Shown: positions 43,301-52,230, numbered from the stretch's first letter. The stretch: DNA of 64,000 nt from an uncultured Planctomycetota bacterium (GCA_963841915.1 CAWJEN010000006.1:224001-288000), one strand, 5' to 3'. Notes: generated by a model not told the origin, from the sequence alone. Numbers and translations: made by a program.

Positions 43301-44164
43301 GATCAGCGGGGTATCGCCCGCAACTTTGGCGATGCTCCCGACATCGGCGCGTTCGAAAGCCGCGGCTTCAACCTCGCCAAGCTCGCCGGCGACAATCAGG
43401 CGGCCGACATCGGCACCGCCTTCAGCGACATCGTTGTCGGCGTCACCAGCGACTTCGGCGAACCGGTCAATGGCGGCCGCATCACCCTCACCGGCCCGGC
43501 CAGCGGTGCGAGCATCTCGCCCAACCCGATCGCCGCCACGATTGCCAACGGCCAGGCCAGCTTCGCCGCCGCGCCCAACGACATCGACGGCAGCTACGAG
43601 GTCACCGCCACCGCGAACGGCGTCGAGATTGGTGTCAGCTTCTCGCTCACCAACGTCGCCGGCGATGTCATCGCCCCCATTGTCACCGACGGCCACTTCG
43701 AGTTTGAAACGCCGCACGCGATCGCCTTCACCTTCAGCGAAGACGTGACCGCCAGCCTCGACCGAAACGAGCTCATCGTCGTGAACACCACGACCAACGA
43801 GACGATTCCGGTCGACGCCCTCGGCTGGGACGGCAACACCGCCTGGTTCGTCTTCGCCGACCAGCTGCCCGACGGCAACTACGTCGCCACCCTGCCCGCC
43901 GGCAGCGTGGAGGACGCGGCCGGCAATGGGCTGGAAAGCGACGTCAACTTCGGCTTCTTCGTCCTCGCCGGCGACGCCAACCGCGACCGAAAGGTCGACC
44001 TCTCTGACTTTGCCATTCTTCGCAACAACTTCGGCACCGATTCGACCTTTAGCCAAGGCGATTTTAACTACGACGGCCGCGTAGACCTCGCCGACTTTGC
44101 CATGCTTCGCGCGAGCTTCGGCAACACCCTTCCAGGCAGCGACGACGACGACGGCCTGTTCTAA
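40397..44164 (+). CDS. Large extracellular multidomain adhesin-like protein (FG-GAP, L-type lectin-like, beta-helix, Ig-like, dockerin-like)
   Basis: VETLEQRKLL leader; DFNGDG/DLDGDG repeats; TSLREA; GSAW..GADGFT; GGPT..ALLPGS.AID..DQRG..DIGAFE; GDANRD.KVDL.DF twice. Confidence 0.85.
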   Translation: MTARRSTTMPATEASVRRRPVVETLEQRKLLTLMLGDPQISNPGFEIGAMETADFNGDGILDVAVVETVTRYSQPGDGVVKIGLGDGTGSFEFGTGYEVILEIPTNQSYVVNLTVGDINGDGHQDLAGAHALDNGIFYMINRGDGSFFTPSHYITRGERPNNPRLADINGDGYADIFFVSNSDTQGHAAILYGNPDGFDDNRRVIFTGEEAIGTYIGDINGQGTLDIGVMTTNSAASANDRITTFLSFFGPEYNFALAQELNGHAQFVKAAETDQNPRGELYFSSSDRRALGAFPDFLDPVIRTFPAGNEPRKFDVGDLDGDGNADLVTQAGFSSGSILFLPGNGDVTFGAPTTLHTYTSPQGSGIALVDLDGDGDNDLLHAEGRNVHALRTLNEAPTVDFSTPHVTRYTNQGVVDLFAATNPNTGGGTFSGPGVTNNRLDPAALQPGTYTLEYTLSDGFGTPSTTTLPVVIRGENRSLHVTQTADADNHNDYQTSLREAVQFANVVPAATDFSVHEWMFNGSAFSQGDTLTLTTNQQGQAGSAWMQEAVNVRDFTASFTYDQDRGADGADGFTITLHGNDLNAVGGSGGGLGYAGIGNSIALAFNIYADATPGFAMLLNGNVSGGYTPLGGGISLTNGQPIDITVRGTINNLLLTLTQGSNTWTTSTPGAANFTGSAAAYFGFTGATGAGTARQTITNLNVQSQPLTRTVTFDSALAGQTFVLNQGWNAASDHSAFAIDGNVAIDGGDAGLTFVIDDATDRRHFTVNGGGNLRLNRLNLTGGFGDFGGSIWNHGSFSAHNSAFFGNRATQEGGAIQSWGGSTSLYLNNVTLAGNTSDSTAGALGTGAATSGLEHVTIVDNTAAANGGSVLIYQTDLYVGNSIIARNVNDGVVVNGDGSGKLRFNSHDNLLGIGNWPNVTDGQNGNRLQVTSGDLLMTTLGDFGGPTSTLALLPGSLAIDAAAGGAAIDQRGIARNFGDAPDIGAFESRGFNLAKLAGDNQAADIGTAFSDIVVGVTSDFGEPVNGGRITLTGPASGASISPNPIAATIANGQASFAAAPNDIDGSYEVTATANGVEIGVSFSLTNVAGDVIAPIVTDGHFEFETPHAIAFTFSEDVTASLDRNELIVVNTTTNETIPVDALGWDGNTAWFVFADQLPDGNYVATLPAGSVEDAAGNGLESDVNFGFFVLAGDANRDRKVDLSDFAILRNNFGTDSTFSQGDFNYDGRVDLADFAMLRASFGNTLPGSDDDDGLF

Positions 44165-44235
44165 TCGGCCCACCTCAATCCCTCTGCCGACACCAAACTC
44201 GGTGTCCCCGGCGGCGACGAATTGTTTCCGTCGCC

Positions 44236-46083
44236 GCCGAGGTTCACGGGTACGCCGCCGATCCGGAGGACGACCGCCTCACGCTGTTCTACGTCGTCGA
44301 CGCGACTGCCGATGAGCCGCTCGGCACGCCCGTCGCGGTCCCGACAACGCCGAAGGCGGAGGTAGACCACGGCATCCGCCGACTGCTCGCGTTCGTGAAG
44401 CTCGGCCGCGACGATCGGCATGACATCGAGCAGTCACTGCCGGCGGCCGAGCTGGCGGAGATGGTGCGTGGGGCCTCGGCCAACGGTGTCCGCCTCGTCC
44501 TCCAAGTGCTCACGACCGGTCGCCTGACGGATCGGGCAATTGCCGCGGGCGACGGCCGCGACGCCGAGTGCGAGGTGTCGGACGTGGTGCGCCTGATGCG
44601 GGTGCTCGGCGGCGTCCGCGACGGGACCACCGACGTCGATTTCGAGTCTGACCACGGCGGACCGCTCCCGTGCCTCGTAACGCCGCCGGCGGCTGACGGG
44701 TTGCGCGTCCTGCTCACGTGCTTGCCTGACGAGCTATTGGCGGCCGTCTACAACCGCCACCGTTCAGCACTGCTGGAACGGAACGTCAGAACGTTCCTGC
44801 AGTTTGCCGGCAAAGTAAGTAAATGCATTCGCGACACACTGTTGAACGAGCCGCAGAGGTTCCTGCCATACAACAGCGGCCTGTCCGCGACCGCCCGCGA
44901 GGTAAATCTCACGGAGGGGGAGAGTGGCGTTGGCCGCATACGTTCGGCCGTCGATTTCCAGATCGTCAACGGCGCTCAGACGACCGCCTCCATTGCCGCA
45001 GCAGCTCGGAGGGCCAAAGCGGACCTCTCGGACGTCGTAGTGCCAATGAAGCTGACGGTCGTGCCGGCGAGTCGGATCGACGAGCTCGTGCCGAAGATCT
45101 CGCGCTACGCTAACACGCAGAACCGCGTGCAGGACTCGGACTTCAGTGCCAACGAGCCTTGGCACGTCGGCGTTGAGCGGCTTTCGAGGGACACTTGGCC
45201 AAAGCCGACTGAGGCGGCCCCACGAGTCGCGCGTTGGTTTTACAAACGGTCTCGCGGCCAGTACCGCGACGAGTTGGCTGCGTGTGGCACGACGGCGACT
45301 CGAAAGAGGTTCCGCGCGGAGAACCCGCCAAGTCAGAAGCTCACGAAGACCGATCTCGCCAAATATCTGTCGAGTTGGGACCAGTACCCGCACGTCGTCA
45401 GTCGCGGAGCGCAGAAGTGCTTCCTGGATTTCATGCAGCGGCTCGGGTCGGCAGCACGACGGCATCCGAAGCCCGAGGAATTTCGCCGCTACGTCGCGCT
45501 GGCGATCCTGTTCCGCCGAGCCGAGCGATTGCGTGGCGAGATGGACTATTAAGAGAATCGCGGCAGTGTCGTCACCTATGCCGTTGCGGCACTGTCGCGT
45601 ATAGGCTCGCGGCGGTAGGACGTCGCGGGCATCTGGTCGGCCCAGCGGTTGCCGAATGACTTGGAGGCTGCGCTGCGGATCGTTCTGACAGGGGTGCGAG
45701 ATATCGTCACGAATCCGCCGACCAGGTACCGCAATGTCACGGAGTGGAGCAAGCGGCCGGAATGCTGGGACCGCGTGATGGACACTCCTTTTGATGTCCG
45801 GTCATGGCGGTCAGACGACGAAGCGGTCAGCGCGGTTGTTCCCGAGACAAACGCTCCCGTGGCGACGGCAGTCGAGCAGGAGATGATTGCGGCCGCCGCC
45901 GGCATCTCGGGTGACGTGTGGTTTGCTGTGTCAAAGTGGGCGAAGGAGACCGACAGCCTCGCGTCATGGCAACGGAGCATTGCTTTCTCACTGGGGAAGC
46001 TCTCCGCCAGCGGTCGAAATCCCTCTTCGAAGCAGGCGCGACAGGGCCGGAAGCTTTTGCTGGATTTAGCAATCCACAGCTAA
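44236..46083 (+). pseudogene. AIPR-family (abortive infection phage resistance) pseudogene, 5'-truncated with two in-frame stops
   Basis: LLERNVRTFLQ, FLPYNSGL, FQIVNGAQTTASI, ISRYANTQNRV; TAA 45550-45552 and TAG 45616-45618 interrupt one continuous frame. Confidence 0.8.
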
Positions 46084-46294
46084 ACATCGAACAAATCGAC
46101 GCGATCCGAACGGCGGACGGTTGAGCCATTGCCTGCCCGAAGCGGGGGCATCTTTCCTGTTATGGCGGAAGCGTGAACTACTGCTACCTGTTGAGAGTAG
46201 ATTGAACCGCGCGTGGCAGGTCAACTTCGTCCTATGCCGCCCACTGTGGTGTTGAGAATGAAGAGCGGCGGCCGGGTGGTGTCGGGGCCGCCGC

Positions 46295-46876
46295 GTGGAT
46301 GTGGGTTGGAGATTGGTGTCAGCCGGCCTTCGGTCGTCGCCGGCAGGTGTAGCACGGGCCGTCGTGCGGGCAAATCCGCTGCGGCTCATGACGCGCCTGC
46401 CGACGATGATCACGGCTGCCCTCTCGGTCATCCTCGTGCTCTTCTTCAGCGCCGAGGTCTGGGACGTCGGCAGCACGGTCGAGCTGTACCAACTCGCCAT
46501 TCTCTCGCTCATCGCCGTCGGCACCGCCACCGTCGTGCTCTACCGCTCGTTCGCCTTCAGCGGCGTGCTCACCCGCGGCCGCGTGCTGGCGGAGTCGACC
46601 GTCGTCACCAGCGCCGCCACCGCGCTGAGCGTCTTCCTCACCATGCTGCTCTTGTTTCTCTGCTTTACGGGATTGGCCTACCTCGGGGCCATCACTGTTT
46701 TTCCCCGCAAGCTGATGGAGACCTGGCCGACGGTCGACCCGGCGGTCCGCACGCTCGACCACGTGAAGCTCGGCATGTTCATCGCCGCCCTCGGCGTCCT
46801 CGCCGGCTCCCTCGGCGGCCGGGCCGACAGCAAAGACCTCGTCCGCACCGTGCTCTTCATCGACGAAGAGACCTAG
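46295..46876 (+). CDS. Hypothetical membrane protein, probably a 5'-truncated fragment
   Basis: Four hydrophobic helices; no clear start or RBS. Confidence 0.5.
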   Translation: MDVGWRLVSAGLRSSPAGVARAVVRANPLRLMTRLPTMITAALSVILVLFFSAEVWDVGSTVELYQLAILSLIAVGTATVVLYRSFAFSGVLTRGRVLAESTVVTSAATALSVFLTMLLLFLCFTGLAYLGAITVFPRKLMETWPTVDPAVRTLDHVKLGMFIAALGVLAGSLGGRADSKDLVRTVLFIDEET

Positions 46877-46885
46877 CCCCCTGCG

Positions 46886-48385
46886 CTACACCGCCACCCA
46901 GAGGCTCACGCTGCCGCCGCGGCAGTGGAACTCGGCCATGCCCTCGTCGTCCGTCGTGACCGGCTCGATCACGCTCCCCGTGATGTCGCGGTAGGTGCAC
47001 TTGCCGCGGAACGTCTTCATCGTCTTGAACGCGTCGTCGCCGACGCTCATCAGCACGACCAAGCTGCCCGGGTGCACGTCGTCGCCGCTCCAGACCCAGC
47101 CGACGCACTGGGGGTGGTCGAAGTAGTCGTGCTGATCGCCCCACGTCAGGCGCTTCCGCACGCCGAGCATGTCGTCGATGAGCTTCCGGTGGCTCGTGAG
47201 CGGCGTGTGTTCGCCCGAGTTCCCGAAGTAGTCGCCGTAGAAGACGCACGGGTAGCCGTCGTGCCGCAGGAGGATCAGCGCGTACGCGAGCGGCTTGAAC
47301 CAGTCGTCGATCCAGCTCTCCAGGCTCTGCCCCGGCTGCGTGTCGTGGTTGTCGACGAACGTCACCGTCATCAGCGGGTTCGCCTGCAAGAGGCTCCCGT
47401 CGAAGATCGTCCGCAGATCGAAGTCGCGCCCGGCCTTGCTCGCTTCCATGAACCGGAAGTGCAACGGCACGTCGAGCAGCCGCATCACGCCCTCCGTCAC
47501 CTCCAGGTACTTCTGTAGCTCGGCCACGTCGGCGCTCCAGTACTCGCCGACGCCGAACAGGTCGCGGTCGCCGAAGTGCGTGCGCAGGTGGTTGAACCAG
47601 TCGCGGTAAAAGCTCGCCGGGATGTGTTTGACCGCGTCGAGCCGGAACCCGTCGAGGCCCGCCGTGTCGACGATCCACCGGCCCCAGTGGAACAGGTCGT
47701 CCCGCACCGCCTCGTGATAAAGGTCGACGTCGCACCCCATGAGGTAGTCGAAGTTGCCGTGCTCGATCGACACCTCGCCGCTGAAGCTTCGATCGGCCGC
47801 GTGGTAGACGTGCTGCACGCCGTTCTCGTCTTCGAGGCCGAAGCCGCCGAAGTGCTCGGCGGTGTACGTCATCTCGCTGTACTGCCCGCCGCGGCCGGCG
47901 AAGTCGAACCGGCTCCAGACGCGGATCTCCTGCTCGCCGCCGACGTCGGTCGAGCGGTCGCTTTTGTCCACCTCGACGACGCGGATCGTCTCCTCGCCGT
48001 CGGCCCCCATGCGGTGGTTGAAGACGACGTCGGCGTAGGCGAACATGCCCGCCTCCTTCACCGCCGCGACGGCCGCGAGGTACTGCTCGCGCGTGCCGTA
48101 CCGGGTGGGGACGCTGCCCTTCTGGTCGAACTCGCCCAGGTCGTAGAGGTCGTAGACGCCATACCCGACGCCGTTCGGCCCGTTCATGTCCTTGTAGGCC
48201 GGCGGCATCCAGACGGCCGTGACGCCGAGGTTCGCCAGCTCGACGGCCCGCCCGCCCAGCTCGTCCCACAGCGTCCCGCCTTCGGGCCCGTTCCACTCGA
48301 AGTACTGGAACATGACGCTGCGCGTGGCGGGGGAGGAGGTATCACGCTTCGGAGCGGCAACCGGGTCGGCCTGGAGGTTGGGCAT
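46886..48385 (-). CDS. Alpha-amylase (GH13, cytoplasmic AmyA-like)
   Basis: VMFQYFEW, GYGVYDLYDLGEFDQKG, DVVFNH, DGFRLDAVKHI, GEYW, FVDNHDTQ. Confidence 0.93.
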   Translation of the reverse strand: MPNLQADPVAAPKRDTSSPATRSVMFQYFEWNGPEGGTLWDELGGRAVELANLGVTAVWMPPAYKDMNGPNGVGYGVYDLYDLGEFDQKGSVPTRYGTREQYLAAVAAVKEAGMFAYADVVFNHRMGADGEETIRVVEVDKSDRSTDVGGEQEIRVWSRFDFAGRGGQYSEMTYTAEHFGGFGLEDENGVQHVYHAADRSFSGEVSIEHGNFDYLMGCDVDLYHEAVRDDLFHWGRWIVDTAGLDGFRLDAVKHIPASFYRDWFNHLRTHFGDRDLFGVGEYWSADVAELQKYLEVTEGVMRLLDVPLHFRFMEASKAGRDFDLRTIFDGSLLQANPLMTVTFVDNHDTQPGQSLESWIDDWFKPLAYALILLRHDGYPCVFYGDYFGNSGEHTPLTSHRKLIDDMLGVRKRLTWGDQHDYFDHPQCVGWVWSGDDVHPGSLVVLMSVGDDAFKTMKTFRGKCTYRDITGSVIEPVTTDDEGMAEFHCRGGSVSLWVAV

Positions 48386-48577
48386 GTGGGTCCGCGGACG
48401 ATACGAGACGCCGGCCCACGCCGTAAGCGGCGAAGTCCGACCGCCCGACCGCGACGCCGCCGGTTGGGGCCTGTGCGCCCGCAGCCGCAATCGCACGCCG
48501 GACGTCGGCAGCGATCCCGCCCACCCCGACCTCTCCGCCCGCGACGCGGCGGTGGTGGGGTAACGGTCATGGTGAGA

Positions 48578-48651
48578 GGGTGCCACTACACAAGGTGTAG
48601 TAATCGACCCTGCCGCCAATCGAATCCACCACACTTCGTATAATGGCACCC
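48578..48651. repeat. Degenerate 74-bp REPIN-like element, family C
   Basis: GGGTGCCACTACAC-AAG-GTGTAGT ... CCACCACACTTCGTATAATGGCACCC; right arm 21/26 identical to family C. Confidence 0.7.
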
Positions 48652-48672
48652 GCTCCTCCTCTACCCGAACGC

Positions 48673-50229
48673 ATGTACGAATACGAGCTACAACTGGACT
48701 TCGACACGTGGCGCGGCGACGACAACGAGGACATCAACACTTTTCTCGAACGTCGCAAGCGGGTGAACGAGTGGCTGACGCCGCGGCTCAAGAAGTTCGA
48801 GCAAAGGGAAGGAGAGCGGATTGGCAACCGCTATCTGCCCAACGAGCAAACCTGCCGGGCGGCGCCTGACCTGCTGCGGGCGATGCCGGAGGAGCCCGAC
48901 GCCCGCGTCGGCTTTGCCAAGCTCCGCGCCAAGCAGCCGCTGGATCAGGCCGAGTGGTTCATCGTTTGGCCGGGGTTCGAGGATCTGCCGATCGATTCCA
49001 AGGCCGACGGCACGATCTGCATGAAGGGCGATCGCGTGAAGGGCCGCAAGCCGCTGCGGCGCTACAGCGACTGGCTGTTCCTCGGCGAGAAGTTCGTGAC
49101 GTTCCTGGAGAAGAACGGCGTCACTGGCCTCGACACGCTCTCGTGTCCTGACACCGGCAAGTACGCCGCGCCGCAGTGGTGGGTGCCGGTGCCCACAAGT
49201 TTTGTTGGCCGCGGCGTCGATCATCCTTGGTTCGATCCGACGACACGCGGGCAGTTCAAGGAAGAAGGTTACCTCGAAGTCCAGCCGACCGACCCGAAGT
49301 GGAAGATTGGCGTGCGCAAGTGGGCGCTAGCTCAGAGCCGACCTATCCATACAGGGCTCACGGCGCTCGACGCACTCTTCGAAGCGTTGCGTGAGTTCGA
49401 ACCGAACTACCGCATTACCCTTTCCACGCCTCACCGCCTTTTGCGGGCGCACCTGCCGGAGACCGACTTCGCGTATCTCCGCGTCGCAGCCCCGTTCGAG
49501 CGGGAGGCTCAGCGGCTCGACAGCGTTCGCCTTTGCTGCTCGGCGACCATGCGGGAAACTCTGGTGAACGAGCGCCTCGCCCTGCCGACGGATTTCGTCG
49601 GGCTTGAGGTAGTCGATGGTCCCGGCGACTCACCCGTCTTCGACGACCAACCGCCGCCACCGTACGCGTGGGACGTCAAGGAGCGGGCCCGGCGGGAGGA
49701 GGCGGTCGAGCGGATGCGAGAGAAGCTGGCGAAGAAGCCCAAGCCCGAGCGACCTGTCACGCCTCTGCCGATCTCCAAGCTCGTGCCGAAGATCAAGCGT
49801 GTGGTGAAACGCCAGACTGGCGAGAAGGCGGCTAAGGGCGCGACCGTCGAGCAGCTCGATGCGGTGGAAGCGAAGATCGGTCGGAAGCTCCCGACGCGCT
49901 GGCGCGAATTGCTCACCGCCATCAATGGGTTTGATATTGACAACAGCGATGCCCTCGATGGCACTGCCGAGCTGCGCATCAGCGATACTGAGCACCTCGC
50001 CGACGTGAACGAGGGCAATCACGAGATGGCCGAGTTACTGGAACTTCGCGACAGCCACATCGGCGTCGGCGACAACGACCTCGGCGACCCGATCTTCCTC
50101 GCCGCCGGCGACGGGGACGGCGACGATTGTCCGGTCATTCATGTCGATCACGAAACAAGCGAAATCGTCATGACTTGGCCAGCGATCGGACTGTTTCTGG
50201 CCGACGCCGTGGAGACCGGGAGCGAATGA
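48673..50229 (+). CDS. Protein with C-terminal SMI1/KNR4 (SUKH) immunity-like domain
   Basis: GATVEQLDAVEAKIGRKLP..WRELL..NG, IGVGDNDLGD, CPVIHVDHE; start could be 48643. Confidence 0.75.
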   Translation: MYEYELQLDFDTWRGDDNEDINTFLERRKRVNEWLTPRLKKFEQREGERIGNRYLPNEQTCRAAPDLLRAMPEEPDARVGFAKLRAKQPLDQAEWFIVWPGFEDLPIDSKADGTICMKGDRVKGRKPLRRYSDWLFLGEKFVTFLEKNGVTGLDTLSCPDTGKYAAPQWWVPVPTSFVGRGVDHPWFDPTTRGQFKEEGYLEVQPTDPKWKIGVRKWALAQSRPIHTGLTALDALFEALREFEPNYRITLSTPHRLLRAHLPETDFAYLRVAAPFEREAQRLDSVRLCCSATMRETLVNERLALPTDFVGLEVVDGPGDSPVFDDQPPPPYAWDVKERARREEAVERMREKLAKKPKPERPVTPLPISKLVPKIKRVVKRQTGEKAAKGATVEQLDAVEAKIGRKLPTRWRELLTAINGFDIDNSDALDGTAELRISDTEHLADVNEGNHEMAELLELRDSHIGVGDNDLGDPIFLAAGDGDGDDCPVIHVDHETSEIVMTWPAIGLFLADAVETGSE

Positions 50230-50247
50230 GTTCAAGTCGAACGGCGC

Positions 50248-50333
50248 GGTGGCACGGGTCAGGCGGAGCCAGACCCGTGGGCCGGGATCAGACGTGCCCG
50301 ACAAGGGTCTGTCTGCGGCCGACCCGTGCCACC
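50248..50333. repeat. 86-bp REPIN-like element, family D
   Basis: Perfect 13-bp TIR GGTGGCACGGGTC / GACCCGTGCCACC; each arm has an internal hairpin. Confidence 0.75.
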
Positions 50334-50367
50334 TTGTCCCTGGGCAGCACCTTGCTCGGGCCCTACG

Positions 50368-51176
50368 TCATGATGGGGTCGAAGCCGACAAGGCCCTCGC
50401 GGCGGTTGATGACGGCGTGGGCGACGACGGTGTAGACGGATAGAGGGTCAGCACCGGAATGCCGGCGACGATGCCGAGGCCGACAGCCATCACGTACCAC
50501 TCGATCCCCTCGATGCCGGCGCGGTCGAATTGCCAGCCGCGGGCGTCGATCAGTGACCACGTGTTCGGGTCGCGGCCGGTCGGTTCGAGCAGGAGTTCGC
50601 GGTAGGCGAAGTGGTCGTTCGACAACGCCGTAGTCTCAACGGTGACGAGCCAGAGGCGCCGGCCGTCCCGCGTGGTGAAGTCAAAGATCGTGCCGCTCCA
50701 CTCAGCAGGGGCGGCGTTGTAGGAGCCGGTCGGCACCTTGCCGGTGCTGACGAGGAAAGCGCGGAGGCCGACGAGTTCCTGTGACTCCATGGAGGTCAGT
50801 CGGATGCCGTCGATGACGGCCCGGCCGTCCGAGGCAAGCCGCGCTCCGGCGTCGCTCAGGGCCTTTTCGATGCGCAGGAGGAGACGGAGTACGAGTCGCC
50901 GCCCTTCGGCAGCTTGATGGCCTCGGTCGCGGAGCGCGGCACGATGTCCGTCGCCGCCGCTCCATTGGGCTGCCAACTGGCAGGGTCATAGCGGGTCAGG
51001 CTGTGCAGTTGCGTGGCCTGCCGCACCGCGCGTGCCTCCCCCGTCCGGCTGACGAAATAGCCCCAGTACCCTTTGCTCCAGACCATGCCGACGCCCACCG
51101 CGAGCGTGGCCGTCGCCAGCACGACAACCAGCCAGACCTTCCCCAAGCCCCTTTTCGTCTGCGGGATCCATCGCAT
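50368..51176 (-). CDS. Hypothetical membrane-anchored protein, frameshift ~50910
   Basis: N-terminal TM in frame 50856-51323 joins frame 50368-50976, which has a C-terminal TM. Confidence 0.5.
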
Positions 51177-51204
51177 CGACTGCAAGTCTACGGAAAAAGC
51201 AGCC

Positions 51205-51325
51205 GGGTGCCACGACACGCAGTGTCGTGGTGGAACCGTGAGTTCCTCGAATGCTTCGGCCTGGTGGACGGTGTGGGGGCCGGCGTCCGAGGGGGTCTTC
51301 CACGACACTCCGTGTCGTGGCACCC
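51205..51325. repeat. 121-bp REPIN-like element, family C
   Basis: GGGTGCCACGACAC-GCA-GTGTCGTGG + 69-bp spacer + inverted copy. Confidence 0.88.
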
Positions 51326-51360
51326 GAGCTTCACCCCGCCATCGGCGGTAACGTTGCCGA

Positions 51361-51738
51361 ATGGCTCAAAGGCGGACTGAGGAGGCAACCGAACCTGGTG
51401 TGAGGCCTTGGGAGCGGCGATGTCTCGCTGCAATTCTGGGCGGATCGGACGAGGCGAGCGACGTGCTGCGGGCACAGGTCGAGGTCGCGACCGTCGTCAG
51501 GCGCGAGTGGAGCGGCTGCGGCGTCTTCACGCACTTCGCCGTGCCGGAGACGGCACCGCGAATACCTGCGTCTGTCCACGTTCTCGGCGGTGAGATTGCC
51601 GGCTTTCTCCCGACCGAGCGCGAGCCGTTCTGCTGTTTCGTCCTCTTCGTCAGAAACGGTCGCCTCGACATGCTGGAGGCGGCCGCCTTTGGCGACGACT
51701 GGATCGATGATGAGGAACGCCTGATCATCCGCGGTTGA
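51361..51738 (+). CDS. Small hypothetical protein between two family C elements
   Basis: 125-aa ORF with globular composition (LRAQ..RREWSGCGVF..FVLFVRNGRLDMLE) filling the inter-repeat space. Confidence 0.65.
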   Translation: MAQRRTEEATEPGVRPWERRCLAAILGGSDEASDVLRAQVEVATVVRREWSGCGVFTHFAVPETAPRIPASVHVLGGEIAGFLPTEREPFCCFVLFVRNGRLDMLEAAAFGDDWIDDEERLIIRG

Positions 51739-51763
51739 GTAGGTCGTGCTTCAGCCCGGTGCC

Positions 51764-51884
51764 CGGTGCCACGACACGCCGTGTCGTGGTGGAACCTTGA
51801 GGTCGGTGAGCGGGTCGGATCTGGACTCGATGCGGGCGCGGGGGTTCGGGAAGGTCTTCCACGACACTCCGTGTCGTGGCACCC
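51764..51884. repeat. 121-bp REPIN-like element, family C, second full copy
   Basis: Same arms and length as 51205-51325; spacer 43/69 identical without gaps (hand count). Confidence 0.88.
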
Positions 51885-52230
51885 AACTGCCGGGGCCTGT
51901 GGGTCTTGCCTCGGCGTAACGATCTGCTTCTTCGTCGCGTCGTCGCGGACGCGGCGGGCGGGTGCGGCAACGCAGCGGGCGTTGGTTCCGATGCTCAAGG
52001 CGGCGTTGTCGACGGGGCTTTCGTTTGTGCAGACGGAGGCCGCGGGGTGTCGGACGGGGCGGGCGGGTGCGTCGACGGATGCCGGGTCTGCGGCGGCGGA
52101 AGGTCCGAGTTGATCGACGGGGGAAAGGTGGGTGGCGACGTGAGTCGATGAACGGCAAAGAGCGGGCGGCGCGTGTCGTGTGGGATGCGTGTGGCGGCCC
52201 GAAGACCGTTCGACAACCGCGAGGCAAATC

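Noticed and set aside
37780..44173. Long antisense ORFs (966 aa and 857 aa) and similar shadow ORFs elsewhere
   Set aside because: They mirror real genes with strong GC3 bias and show no recognisable motifs
45550..45618. Stop-codon readthrough or recoding in AIPR
   Set aside because: Two different stops (TAA and TAG), both used as normal stops elsewhere in the window, and the gene is also 5'-truncated
51205..51884. CRISPR array from the four CCACGACAC..GTGTCGTGG units
   Set aside because: Units alternate in orientation, spacing is 69/~440/69 bp, spacers are homologous to each other, and no cas genes are present
48578..51884. Classical integron cassette array
   Set aside because: No integrase, no RYYYAAC/GTTRRRY attC ends recognised, and ORFs are in mixed orientation
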